Assembly: GCF_001194135.2 (NCBI RefSeq)
Contig: NC_068983.1
Coordinates: 132,654,045 to 132,701,513, forward strand
From: Octopus bimaculoides
Taxonomy: Eukaryota
Direction: 5' to 3'
DNA length: 47,469 nt
Under the pieces are notes generated by a model. It made no database searches. It worked only from the letters and a program-made list of their open reading frames with translations, and had not been told where the DNA came from. A program made the position numbers and the translations under genes. Shown piece by piece: positions 10,915 to 25,005 of this stretch. Each line of letters begins with the position of its first letter. Position 1 is the first letter of the stretch.

Positions 10915-13900
10915 TATCCTTCCTTCGTCAAATCAGGAGCAACGTATGTTGCAGTATCTGGCGGTTGCCCTGGTTACGCAGCGTCTCCGTCTATCCAACA
11001 TTCTGTGGCAACCTGTCTTTTGTTGCTATTAGCTACATCATGAAAGAGTCAAGTGAGCTTGCTGTAAAGGCGCTCAACTACATACTGTGGACGCACAGCT
11101 TGTTACAACTTGTCCCCGACCCCAATTTTCCTGGATTTCCTCCTTGTCACTGGACCTGTTGTGGAGAAATCAAGTTGTGTTCTGCACGATTGTGCGCCCT
11201 TCTCATCGCTGTAAACGAATCTTTGCGCAGACCTCGCACTATCTTGGCCTTCGTCTTTCCTTTTCCTCCTCCTCTTTTTCTTTTCCTACTCATAAGTTTA
11301 ACGGCAATTAGCAGCTGATGATGGAGGCCCACATGGATGATGCTGGAAGCCTCTAGCTTGAAGCTCGCACGATGGCGGCATGAGTAAGACGGTCGCTGAG
11401 GTCTGCACCGAGAGACAACAGGCTCACGACCTAGAAAAGGTAACCCAAACACAGTTTACCTCGTTCTATCCGGTCGAAGACAACACCTCACGAGTCATTC
11501 CTCTAAAGGAGTCAACAATTTTCAAAATTGTTTATTGATTCCTGGAATGTCAAAATTTTACTTTATATTTCTAACTCTAATGGACCTCTCGAAGGATTTC
11601 CCTGGATGCATTGGAGCTTAAACCCCTACAACATGGACATAAGGACTTTCTCATTGAACAGGGCGAGGGATGCACATTCCACAGTAGGGGTGTCTCCGAT
11701 GGAGAGGACCGAACTTATGGAGTGGCCACCGCTATGAAGACCTTCGTTGAAAATATGATGGTAGAACCTCCTGTCGGACAGCGTAACCGTCACATCACTC
11801 TTTTTTACTCGCTCTCTCTGAAGGTAAATACATCACCATTATCAGTGCTGTTGCGCCAACCTTGGACTTTTCTGAAAAATCTAAGGATATGTTCTACATG
11901 TTCCTGGACAACGTCATCCGAAGAATGCCCAAGTCTGATAAGCTCATTCTGCTTGGAGATTTCAATGCCAAAAGTCAAAGTCTTCTCACCTGCCACGGTG
12001 TGATTGGTCATCACGGTGTTGGGGAAATGAACAGTCTATGGGCTTCGTTTTCCAACTATCTGCTCTCAACATGGAATGGTCATTACCATCACAGTTTTGC
12101 AGATGCAAATTTTCCCATCCTCGATCCAAATCTTGCCACTTCATCCAAGATGACATCAACGACTACCTGCACTCAAACTCCACGATGCCGGGATCTGGAG
12201 CACTACATCAAAGTGGCAGGATGCTCGTACCACCATACAACGTGTTATCAGTAATGCTCAAAACAATTGGTGCCTTCGAAAGTCAACATTTTGCAAACGA
12301 GAACGAAGCATATGCATTCCACGACTCGATTAAGAGAATCTCTTCGGCCTACACGTAAAGAAGGCTACTCCAGTGGTACCTTATTGAAAGAGAATACTAC
12401 GATACTTCATAATTTGTTCGAACAGTTGCAAGAACTTCTAAATTGCGGCAACCCCACGGACTCTATGGCACTTTAAGAAATTTCAGATTTTCCATACATG
12501 AGATAACTTAACAACCCACAACACTTGATGAAATCCACCTGTGGTCTCGTCTTTTCTTTTGGCAGAAACTATACCTGTCAGATGGACACACTCTAAACTT
12601 GTCACAGTCTACAAGCCCAAGGGAGACCATGCAGAGTGCTGCAGCAGCAAAAGGATTTATCTTCTGTCTAACGCCGGCAAGATCCTTTTATGTTTTCTCC
12701 TCCGAATATCTATTATTTCATGCAATCAACCTGGTTATGCTTGAGTCCCAGTATGGATTTCGACCAGAAAGAAATACTTGTGAGATACTTGTGGCCCGTC
12801 TTCTCTTTGAAAAGCGTCGTGAACAGTGGAGAGACATATGCTACTCCTTCAAAGATCTAACAAAAGCGTTTGACAATGTCAACCTACTTTCCTGTTGTGG
12901 TATCTGCTTCAGATGTTAGGCTGTCCATCAACGTTTCTCTCAATCGTGCAGAAGTTTCATGTTGGTATGCCGGTGAGAGTGATACGCAGTCATGAAGCCT
13001 CGGAAACATTTCATGTCCAGGTGGAGATAAAACAAGGATGCGTCCTTGTCTCTGTACTATTTATCATATACATAGTGACAGTAACCCCTCTTTCCAGGAG
13101 ACATTTCACTGAAGAAGACGGAATTCATATCACGTACTGCTATGATGGCAGCATCTTTAACACTCGCCGTCTGAAAGTCACACAAAAAATTCTTTCAACA
13201 ACAGTGTAGTAGATTCAGTATGCTAGCGATTCGTCTACACCATCTCAAACACCAACCTCTTTTCAACACACGTTGATCTCAATGAATAGTGCCTATTCTG
13301 GGCTCGGCCTTCAAAAGAATCAAATGAAACTAAAGTTTTCCAATCAGCCTACCTGTACTAACCTCCCTCTCAGTCCATCGTTATTGATGACCTTCCTCTA
13401 CTGCAGGTGAACTCATTATGCTATCTTCGAAACGCCATCACTGAAACTATTCTCACTGACGAGGAGATACTCCGTCGGAGCAACTTGGCCTCTATATCTT
13501 TCGGGAGACTCAGCAAACAAATCTCTAAGAACATGAACCTTAAAACATGTACAAAAATGTCCGTTTATTGAGCTGTCTTCATACCCACCCTCCGGTATGA
13601 GTCTGAGTGCTAGTGTATCGGCGCTAGATAAATCAGCTAGAAGAGTTTCATAGCATGTCACTCCAAAATATCTTCAGTCTGACGTGAAAGTACAAGGTGC
13701 CTCATACTGAAGACCTCTTGAGGGTTGGGATCTACAGCGCTGATACCTGCATACTTCACCGTCTCTGCCGCTAGAGTGACCATGTAATTCCAATGCCGGG
13801 TAACCGGTTTCCACATCATCTTCAACGTGTTCAAGCCAAGAAGAAAGCCTCAAAGACACCCAAAACTTTGTTTTCATGGTCATATCAAGTAATCTCTCGT

Positions 13901-14210
13901 TTTTGTGGAGTGTCCTTCCCAATCAGTCGGAGCCTCTAGCTGTTAACCAGAAGGCAGGGAGTTCTGTGTGTGACGCTGAAATAGAGCACTGTGAAACCGT
14001 ACGCAGGAAAATGCATGAAGAGAGGAAAAGACGTCGTCATCATCCCACACCCCTTGCGGATCATTTGCGGAAGACTTTCAGTACTTTCAGTGCCACAGGA
14101 TCCACCTATGTTGTATCGCTCCCATGAGAAAGAATGCGTGGGAGGTGGATGTGGATGAATGTCTGGGATGGAAACTGTCGTCACCTGTCATAAACATGCC
14201 AAATAACTAT
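10915..14210 (+). mobile_element. Near-full-length decayed RTE (BovB-like) LINE: 5' UTR, APE, RT, C-terminal region
   Basis: Colinear motifs across frameshifts: SWNVKILL; EQGEGCTF; KLILLGDFNAK; LVTVYKPKGD..C...IYLLSNAGKIL; ESQYGFRP..DLTKAFDNVN; KQGCVLVSVLFIIY; YDGSIFNTRRLK; QYASD (decayed YADD). Ends are approximate. Confidence 0.92.
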
Positions 14211-14257
14211 GTGTGTGTATTTTTGTGTGTGTGTGTGTGTGTGTGTATCGGGTATAT

Positions 14258-14655
14258 AGGGTATCAGAATACCACTTGCTACAAAGAGGAATTAACACGC
14301 CAAAACAAAGTTTTCGATATTAATAAATATGCGCGGTGATTGCAATGTATATAATAGAATAGGCTTAACTTGTATAAACTACAAAGCAGGATACAGATAT
14401 CTCGGTATCAAGTGATTTCACCTTTTTACTTTCGTATTCAAGGATCGGTAGCCAAGCTCAAGATCCTTGAATGCAAACGCACAAAAAGGTGAAATCAATT
14501 GACACTAAGAAATCTGTTTCTTGCTTTGTTGTTTATACAAGGTATGCCTATCTTATTATATTCGTTGCATTCACTGTGTGTATTTATTAAAAGTGAGAAA
14601 TGTATGGTTTTGAAGTGTTAGCTCCTCTTTCTAGCAAGTGGTATTCTGATAGCCT
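14258..14655. mobile_element. 398-bp foldback / MITE-like palindrome
   Basis: 14258-14446 is an imperfect reverse complement of 14462-14655 along its full length; terminal agg(g/c)tatcagaataccacttgcta.aaagagga; 15-nt central spacer. Confidence 0.85.
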
Positions 14656-14689
14656 TCTTTATTCATTTGTATATTTTACGAATAAAATA

Positions 14690-14783
14690 TCGATATATTA
14701 AGTACCAGTGAAACACTGGGGTCGATTTAATCGACTAGTCCTCTCCCCACAAATTTCCGGGCTTGTGCCTTTAGTAGGAAAAA
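14690..14783 (+). mobile_element. SINE 3' half
   Basis: taagtaccagtgaaacactggggtcgatttaatcgactagtcc...aaatttccgggcttgtgcctttagtag. Confidence 0.85.
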
Positions 14784-16176
14784 CATATACGTACAGGTAT
14801 GTGCATACCGACATCCACCTGTATGTTTAGGTGCATATTTGGGTACAGGACATTGCAAACAAACGTAGACGAGAAAACACACAAGCCACATAGAGAACAT
14901 TCTACGTCATCAGCTTTAACACCGGCGTTTGTACGTATATTCCGTTGTGTCTGGGGAGAGTCATTCTCTTTTAGTACCTTATAATTTAACTAACTCACCG
15001 GTAAAATTTCCACAAACCTACAAGGCAAATCAAAACAATACTAGCAACAACAAAAAATAAATTAGAAGAAAAAAACATAATTATAGCGCATCAGAGATAT
15101 TTACTCTTTCTAACAAGCAGGCATGAAATAGTATATCCATAAATGTTTCTGTCATTAATATATAGATTAATATATAGAGTTATACTTTGACATGCACACA
15201 AACATTGAGTTATACTACTATGCAAATATACAAACACACGCACACACACACGCACACACACACGCACACAGACAAGAGTACATTACAGTGCATGTGAGTA
15301 GTGCGTGTGTGTCTGCATGTGTGTGTGTGTGTGTGACTTTATGTGTGTTTGTGTGTGTATGTGTGTGTATTCATGTATTGATGAAAGCTTACTTTGCGAA
15401 AGGGGAGATTTGTAAATCGATACCTAGGATAGGGAGTAATAGGTAGAAAATTAGATAGATCGATAAATGTAGTAATACATACTGTAGATCGGCAGAAACT
15501 GAAAATGCAGGAACCAGTCTTACTCGCTTTCTCACTGTTTTTATACACATACACACGCGCGCACACACACAAGCCCCCACATGCACATACACTCCACACA
15601 TATATGCATATATATATATATATATATATATATGTGCGCGCNNNNNNNNNNNNNNNNNNNNNNNNNNNNNNNNNNNNNNNNNNNNNNNNNNNNNNNNNNN
15701 NNNNNNNNNNNNNNNNNNNNNNNNNNNNNNNNNNNNNNNNNNNNNNNNNNNNNNNNNNNNNNNNNNNNNNNNNNNNNNNNNNNNNNNNNNNNNNNNNNNN
15801 NNNNNNNNNNNNNNNNNNNNNNNNNNNNNNNNNNNNNNNNNNNNNNNNNNNNNNNNNNNNNNNNNNNNNNNNNNNNNNNNNNNNNNNNNNNNNNNNNNNN
15901 NNNNNNNNNNNNNNNNNNNNNNNNNNNNNNNNNNNNNNNNNNNNNNNNNNNNNNNNNNNNNNNNNNNNNNNNNNNNNNNNNNNNNNNNNNNNNNNNNNNN
16001 NNNNNNNNNNNNNNNNNNNNNNNNNNNNNNNNNNNNNNNNNNNNNNNNNNNNNNNNNNNNNNNNNNNNNNNNNNNNNNNNNNNNNNNNNNNNNNNNNNNN
16101 NNNNNNNNNNNNNNNNNNNNNNNNNNNNNNNNNNNNNNNNNNNNNNNNNNNNNNNNNCCTCACCTCCTCCTCTTAT

Positions 16177-16284
<108 letters not shown>

Positions 16285-16599
16285 CAATGACGAATATCTT
16301 ATCTATTTCGTTAATAATATTGTGGACTAAATCAGTAACTTGATGCTTTTGGATCTACAAAATACTTTGTCGTGGCCGTTTATGCTCCGGGTTCAAATCC
16401 TGTCACAGCCGACTCCTTTTACCTACAGCTGTGATATGAATTTTCAGGATTCGATGTTATCGGCTAGCCCAAATTTCTCTTCATTGATGGGGGTTATACA
16501 GCGGTCAAAAAGTAGTGGTAGTAGTAGCAGTAGTAGTGGTGTTGTAGTAGTTAAAATAATTTTAATAACAACAACAACAACGATGACCATAGCACTGGT

Positions 16600-16745
16600 T
16601 TAAAATTTTGGCATAACTGCTGTAAATTTAGGGGACTCAGCTGATACTTCCCACAGTCGACGTCGGTGTGATTTGAACTCAGGATGTAAAGAATCGGAGA
16701 AAGTATCGTGAGCAATTTTCCGTCGCCTCAGCTATTTCGACAGCG
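16600..16745 (-). mobile_element. Degenerate, internally deleted SINE
   Basis: aaattttggcata...agtcgacgtcggtgtgatttgaactcaggatgtaaaga. Confidence 0.6.
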
Positions 16746-16952
16746 ACGATAAGCAATGTTTGAACTCTGACTGAGCTCGAAAACTGAATAGTTATTTGCT
16801 GTATCCGTCGTTCTCCTCTTGGTTCTACCACTTGATTAGCTTTCATTAAACAAAGCTGTTATCAAAGTCTTTTCTACACATGGCAATACTGTCTCTATTA
16901 TTCAAGGTCTTATTGCTGGTTTAAAAAAAAAAACAACAATAAAATCAAATAC

Positions 16953-17016
16953 GGCTGAAGAGAGAGAGAGAGCGCCGAAAATCACTGAACCGTCTCTTGA
17001 TGTGCTAGAAATAGCA
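16953..17016 (+). repeat. Interspersed repeat family marked by gctagaaatagca; other copies in opposite orientation at 18405-18462, ~18690-18720, ~22060-22260, ~28480-28625
   Basis: ggctgaagag..gccgaaa..actga.cc.tc.ct.ga.gtgctagaaatagca aligns to the reverse complement of 18405-18462; the other sites share gct(g)(c/g)tat(tt)ctag-like motifs. Confidence 0.65.
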
Positions 17017-17044
17017 CCATCTCTGCCGAATACTACTGCTGCTG

Positions 17045-17126
<82 letters not shown>

Positions 17127-17130
<4 letters not shown>

Positions 17131-17242
17131 ACACTTTCAATACAGTAACCATAAGAGTATCACAACAAACCACAGCACATTCCCAAGGCACACAGAGCTG
17201 CGCTCGGTAGTGAAGTGAAAGCACGTTATAAAAATAAAACTA

Positions 17243-17245
<3 letters not shown>
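17127..17245 (+). mobile_element. Extremely 5'-truncated Dong/R4-type 3' end within (TAA)n
   Basis: Begins K-T-L-S-I-Q-stop (17128-17148), the expected end after ...GTAHILR, then ~97 nt of putative 3' UTR; (TAA)n on both sides. Assignment is from recalled motifs. Confidence 0.6.
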
Positions 17246-17285
<40 letters not shown>

Positions 17286-17544
17286 NNNNNNNNNNNNNNN
17301 NNNNNNNNNNNNNNNNNNNNNNNNNNNNNNNNNNNNNNNNNNNNNNNNNNNNNNNNNNNNNNNNNNNNNNNNNNNNNNNNNNNNNNNNNNNNNNNNNNNN
17401 NNNNNNNNNNNNNNNNNNNNNNNNNNNNNNNNNNNNNNNNNNNNNNNNNNNNNNNNNNNNNNNNNNNNNNNNNNNNNNNNNNNNNNNNNNNNNNNNNNNN
17501 NNNNNNNNNNNNNNNNNNNNNNNNNCCGAATACTACTGCTGCTG

Positions 17545-17626
<82 letters not shown>

Positions 17627-17630
<4 letters not shown>

Positions 17631-17742
17631 ACACTTTCAATACAGTAACCATAAGAGCATCACAACAAACAACAGCACATACCCAAGGCACACAGAGCTG
17701 CGCTCGGTAGTGAAGTGAAAGCACGTTATAAAACTAAAACTA

Positions 17743-17745
<3 letters not shown>
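17627..17745 (+). mobile_element. Second copy of the same Dong-type 3' end
   Basis: Matches 17127-17245 except for 4 substitutions; (TAA)n on both sides. Confidence 0.6.
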
Positions 17746-17800
<55 letters not shown>

Positions 17801-17802
<2 letters not shown>

Positions 17803-17997
17803 CCTATCTACTCTAAGCACAAGAACTGAAAGTGGGGCAAGGGGACAGTTGATTACATCGATGCCAGTGCTGATCTTGTACGTATTTAATCGAGCACGAA
17901 AGGCTAACAAAGCAGATTTTGAACTCAATACGTAAAGACAGACGAAATACAGCCAAGCACTCCTCCCGGCGCGGTAGCGATTCTGCCAACTCACGCT
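17801..17997 (-). mobile_element. SINE whose tail is the (AAT)n at 17746-17800
   Basis: aagcacaag...gattacatcga...ttaatcga...tttgaactc..acgtaaagac.gacgaaatac...gcgattctgccaactc. Confidence 0.85.
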
Positions 17998-18071
17998 TAA
18001 TAATAATAATAACAACAATTATAATAATAATTGTAATAATGATAATAATAATAATGATAACAATAATAATA

Positions 18072-18330
18072 ATCCTTTCTACGACAGGCACAAGGCCTGA
18101 AATTTGGTGGGTGAGGACCAGTAGATTACATCGACCCAGTTTTCCACTGGTACTTAATTTATCGACCGGGAAAGAACGAAAGCCAAAAAGTTGACCTTAG
18201 CAGAATTAGTCTTTGCTTTTCATCCTCCGAGTTCGATAAATTAAGCACCAGTTGAACACTGGAACCGGTGTAAACGACTTAGCCCCTCCTCCGAATCTGC
18301 TGGCCTTGTGCCAAAGTTTGAAACCAATAT
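18072..18330. mobile_element. Head-to-head pair of SINE 3' halves (18072-18207 minus, 18208-18330 plus)
   Basis: ggcacaaggcc...actggtacttaatttatcga on the left mirrors tcgataaattaagcaccagt...ggccttgtgcc on the right. Confidence 0.8.
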
Positions 18331-18779
18331 TATAATTATTCTTGTTTTGTTGCTGTTGCTGTGGTTGGTGTGGCTGATGTTATTCGACTGATATGAATTC
18401 TGAGTGCTATTTCTAGCACTTCGAGCGATGGCTCAGTTGCTTTCGGCACTCGCTCTTCAGCCAGAGTAGATGTTAATGTTGTTTATTAACACGAGGTTAT
18501 CACGCATCGCACCGATTTATTGTTGAAGTGTTTCCAGCCGTGCCTATCCACCATTGTTTTCATATATTTATACATATATATATATATATATATATACAGA
18601 GAGCAAGTGAGTGTGTGTATCTTAAGGTTAGTATGTAATAAGACCTTTCTCTTCCCTTTAACTCTGTGGGCTCTGACATGGGAGATACTTGACTGCTATT
18701 TCTAGCTAGACAAGCGACCAAATAAAGTCATCACACCATGAGTCCGTAGGTCTTCTGTTAATCAACAACACAACAAAAC

Positions 18780-19160
18780 TACTACCGTTACTATAGTAGT
18801 AGTAGTAGTAGTAGTAATAGTAGTAGTAGTGATGGGGGTAGGGGTGTTAGTAGTAGTAGTAGTTGCTATATTTTGAGTTATCGTGGTTGTTATACATGTA
18901 GTGTAGTGGTAGCTATAGTTGTAGTTGTTACTAGTTGTTGTAGTATGTAGTACCGTTGTAGCATCTTAAGTTGTTTTTGTTGTTGTTGCTTTTAGTAGTA
19001 GTAGTAGTAGTTGTGGTTGTTGTGGTAGTTGGAGCTGTCACAGCAGTCGTATCTCGCTGCAGCAGAGGGAAGAACAAGAAGAACAACAACAGTAGCGGCG
19101 GCAGTTGGAGTTGCAGTAGCAACAGTAGATGCTGCTGCCATATCAGTAGCACCAGCAGCT
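18780..19160. repeat. Degenerate (TAG/TTG/AAC/AGC)n low-complexity tract
   Basis: Mixed triplet runs; explains the local ORFs. Confidence 0.85.
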
Positions 19161-19353
19161 CCCTCCAAACACACACACATGCAATAACATATACACAAAC
19201 ACTCACTACGCACACACACACAGAGAAACATACATACATAACATACATACATACACATATATATATATTTCCTTTCCCGAGCGTCCAATAACACTATCCG
19301 TATCACGTCCTCACTTTGTTGTTTTTTTGTTATTGTTTTTGTGTTTTGTTGAA

Positions 19354-19388
<35 letters not shown>

Positions 19389-19914
19389 NNNNNNNNNNNN
19401 NNNNNNNNNNNNNNNNNNNNNNNNNNNNNNNNNNNNNNNNNNNNNNNNNNNNNNNNNNNNNNNNNNNNNNNNNNNNNNNNNNNNNNNNNNNNNNNNNNNN
19501 NNNNNNNNNNNNNNNNNNNNNNNNNNNNNNNNNNNNNNNNNNNNNNNNNNNNNNNNNNNNNNNNNNNNNNNNNNNNNNNNNNNNNNNNNNNNNNNNNNNN
19601 NNNNNNNNNNNNNNNNNNNNNNNNNNNNNNNNNNNNNNNNNNNNNNNNNNNNNNNNNNNNNNNNNNNNNNNNNNNNNNNNNNNNNNNNNNNNNNNNNNNN
19701 NNNNNNNNNNNNNNNNNNNNNNNNNNNNNNNNNNNNNNNNNNNNNNNNNNNNNNNNNNNNNNNNNNNNNNNNNNNNNNNNNNNNNNNNNNNNNNNNNNNN
19801 NNNNNNNNNNNNNNNNNNNNNNNNNNNNNNNNNNNNNNNNNNNNNNNNNNNNNNNCACATACACACACACACACACACAAACAAGCATTCACATATACAT
19901 ACGTACATACATAA

Positions 19915-19953
<39 letters not shown>

Positions 19954-20672
19954 TATACACACACATATAACAGACACACACGCATGCACATATATATACT
20001 TTTTTGGGGCCTCTTCATCCGAATCCAAACTGCAACGAGAAGGACCATGTTGGGAATTTTACCTTCGATCATGAGAAAAGTTCGCAGGAGCAAACACATG
20101 AAGTTTGAACGAGATACGTGATTATACGTAATCTTATATAGTAACGTATCCTTGATATTTAAACGGAAACAAGGAAAGAACACACACACTCACACACACA
20201 TATACATATATATATAAACAGAAACACATAACCGCTCGCTCGTACGCATGTATATCTGTCTGCATGATTTTGATAACCGTGTACAAACGACAATTATAAA
20301 ACGATTCACAACTACTACTACCAAAAAAAAAATTGCTAATTTTACTAATAATAATTCTAGCACTACAATTCCTAATGCAACCGGGTACAGAGATTATTGT
20401 TATCTTGTTATCTTATGTGAGTAAGTAAGAAGGAAAAAAAAAAGAAAAAAGAAAAAAGCGTGCGTGAACTATATCATTTAAGAAAAGAAATTACGTATAA
20501 TAATAACAGCAACAATATTAAGAAATAACAACTTTCTCAGGAGATAAATATGATTGAAATGATGACGATAATGATGATTATGGTATCAACTGCTATGTTT
20601 ACAACAACAAAACAATATTGCATAGAATAGTGTTTGGATGAGAGAAAACTTGAATTTGCTAATAGGTGTTTA

Positions 20673-20730
<58 letters not shown>

Positions 20731-20939
20731 NNNNNNNNNNACACACACACACACTCACACACTCACTCACACCTACACGCACACTCACACACGCTCACAC
20801 ACACATTCACATATACACGTTTACAAACACATTTATGCATAATACTGCATCAGTTTATAGAAAACCGCGTAGTCAAGCACACACACATACATACATACAT
20901 ACATACATACATACATACATACGCACATATACACTCATG

Positions 20940-21130
20940 CAAATGCTGCGCAAAATCACACAGGTTCATAGACATACTCGGAGACACAATACACGACACG
21001 CATCATTATTGTCATCGTCATCTTCACTACCATATCCACCACCACCACCACCACCGGTACCGCCATCGTCACCTTCGTCATTACCGCCATCATTATCATC
21101 ATAGTCTTCATCCTTTTCATACTGAGGATG
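20940..21130. repeat. (CAT/CAC)n-derived low-complexity tract
   Basis: catcat/caccac triplet degeneracy. Confidence 0.75.
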
Positions 21131-24100
21131 TTGAGCTCGCGTGCGTGTGTGCGTGTACGAGTGCGTGTGTGTGAATAGATGAACATCTCATTTTAAAATA
21201 AGCGACGAAACACAAATAGCCTTGTTTAATGTGTTTATGCATAATAATTGGTAAAGACACACATATACTGAAAACTAACCCCTGCACATTCACAACACGT
21301 ATCTAATACACAAACATACATACATATATGTACACACACATATGCATACAAGTGCACTCATATACCTCAAAGGATTATCATGATTATTCTTATAAATGTA
21401 TTAAATTGCACCAAAGTGAAAGGATATAAAAATTCTGGTTTATGTATATAGTAACATGCACGCGCGCACATTCACCTCTAGAGACGCAAATATACACACT
21501 TGAGTACATATATGTATATTTTGGTTAGTAACAGTACAATGTATCTATACACACGTCCATGTACAGCAAGGGGCAGTGGCCAAGCAGAAAAAATAAATTC
21601 TGAGAATCTAAAAGCAAACAAAAAATAACAAAAATTCTAATGGTTAAAATATGTTATTTCTAAAACAAAAATAATTTTACATTTCTTTGAGGGTGGGTTT
21701 ATTTCAAAGTTTTATGTTATATATCATCAGACATCTTATTTCCATGTGTATTCTTTATAAAATTCTTTATATTTTTCCCCCTTTTAATATACCTTGTATG
21801 ACGTTTGCGAAACAAGAGTTTTCTCTGTGTGTGTGACTGTAGATATATTTGTTACCTAAAATCTACAATGAACTTAGATTCGAAACCCAGCTAATTGCAA
21901 TTACAGAGGACTAAATACTTGTTACTAAACCAGAGCTGGTTAAAGCTAAACATAGACGGATTGGTGACGCCTCTTTCAACAAAACCCGTAAGTTATTTCT
22001 TCTCTATATTTCTCTACAACATATTCCCTTATTGTTGCTTTTGCTGTTGTTATTGTTCTTTTGTTGTTGTTGTGGATTTTCAACCCCTAATCAGGCTTGA
22101 CTGAGAACACTTAGGATGAAAACCTTCCTACAACGAACATCCCAGCATTTTTTTAGGAACATTTTATCATGTCTTTCTATTTGATTTTTGAAGACAGTGA
22201 GGCGTGGTTTGGGGGACATTTGGCTGGTATTTCTAGTTCATCAAGCAACCAACTAAAAAGAAAATTCTTTTGTGGCTTGATTGTGCTACTGTGACTGCAT
22301 ATTAATCTTTTCATCTATATACTATAAAGTTAGAGTTGCAGTTTCGATACATTGAAATATCCTTCTCCAGGTAAAAGGAAAATGCAATACGTTCCCGAAT
22401 TTGATTTGACACAAGTTTAATGTTCCACTGTATATCATTTGGTAATATTAGATATGTAGGGAGCTTAATTTTTAATGATAAAATAATAGCAATCGAGGCA
22501 GTTAACACAAACTGTAGAGAGTAGGTCTAACTGCATTGCAACATATAGTATTACACCAGTATATTCCAGGGATTCATAAAACAAAACCAGCAATAAAATG
22601 CTAGGATACTTTACTCCTTGTCCTTATATAAACGCTCTCCAATGGAAAACCAGAATCTTATTAATAGTATTGCTGAACGACTTTGGGAGTCATTCATTTC
22701 AGTACTGCTACCAACATGTTCTTCTTGGTACTAGAGTAGTTTTGTTTCGTTAAATGCTTGACCTGGGGGGAAAGAGCAGTGCCTGTACGGTCTTCTCAGT
22801 TCCTCCGAGACTTTGTGAGAAAGGGCGCTAGTTACTCTAAAACTGGTGACCTGTCTTCAATGTTTACAACAGATAGACCACCGCTAAATCCACCTAAAAC
22901 CCTTCTGCTGTTGTTATACAGAGTAACAGATAATATCCTCTACCTAAAATTATGTTTCACAATCTTTATTCCGTCCTCAATTAATATTTGAGAAGATTCA
23001 GTAATGTCATAGTGAAAAATCATCGTTTTGCTGTTAGATTATTACAATTTAAGTTAGTATTACACCCACTCCTGAAAAGTATGATAGTCACCTAATACCA
23101 TACTGTCTCTATAAGGTTCAGTTTCTTTAATAAAACCACTAACGCAGTTGTGTGGACTGATGCGCTTCATTATTTATATTAAATTATCTGTAATAGTCTT
23201 CTAAGGTTACTCTCAAAACTTCTATATGTATGTGCATATGTTTATTGCCCTCGCATATGTATCTATGCATGTGTGTACGTAGGTATGTATGTATATGCAT
23301 GTATATTCATTTGTTTATATATTTATATCAATACATATACAATATTTATATATATACACACACACACATATATATATATATGTGTGTGTGCGTGTGCGTA
23401 TGTGTGTGTGTAGATAGATAGATACACATCTATGTTTACATAGATGTGTGTGTGTGTGAGTCTGTGAAAGAAAGACGGAAAGAGAGAAAGTTGCTGAGCG
23501 AGAGAGTGAAAGATGTCTGACAGATGAGTAAATACATACACAGACAAAATGCACACGCACACAAACTCACACACACAAATGCACACACACATAAACGCAT
23601 ACACAAACACAAACGCACACACACGCACACATGCGCCCACACACGTGCACACACAGAGAAACACATACACCCCCACACACACACACATACACACACGAAA
23701 GTGTATATTAGGATTGAAAAAAGTATAGTTTCCACATATTTTTTAGAAACTAGACTGGAATTACTTCGACTATTATTTTGAAACAAGTTCACAATCAGAG
23801 CCCAGCATATGCTTACCTTTCACCGTGATTTTATACGAAAAATAATTGATTGAGATCCTATTGCTATGAAATTACCCTCCTAGCAATCATTTAGAACTTG
23901 TTTCCTTTGTCAGTAGTTTTCCCTAACCTACGTCTTTAAGTTTCTTAAGCTATGCATTAATGAAAAAGCTGGATAGAAGAGTCGGCAGAGAGTTAAGAAA
24001 AAGTGTTGCAGGTGTATAGACATTTTCTGATGCAGTGGTTTCAAATCCCTTTCGGAACCAGATTGCATTTTCCTTCTTTTTTTCGTCGTGAATTTATGAA

Positions 24101-24239
24101 ACAAATGTTGATAGAGATAGTAGAGAAAACTGGATCTGTAATATATTTTCTTTAGTCACTCTTCTGATAATTTTTTTTTTTATCAGATTTATTCCAAGAA
24201 ACCACCTGATCAAAGACAAATTAACTACAAGATCATCAT

Positions 24240-25005
<766 letters not shown>

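Noticed and set aside
13454-13475. CTGACGA-GGAG.ATA.CTCC hairpin
   Set aside because: Followed by GTCG rather than GAAA, and lies inside RTE coding remnant.
16953-18462. CUGAAGAG..CCGAAA in the gctagaaatagca repeat family as a hammerhead
   Set aside because: No NUH triplet with matching stems I and III in either copy, in any topology I could build.
24033-24205. Possible hAT-type MITE (cagtggtttc ... gaaaccacctg)
   Set aside because: Only ~10 bp of imperfect TIR and no 8-bp TSD.
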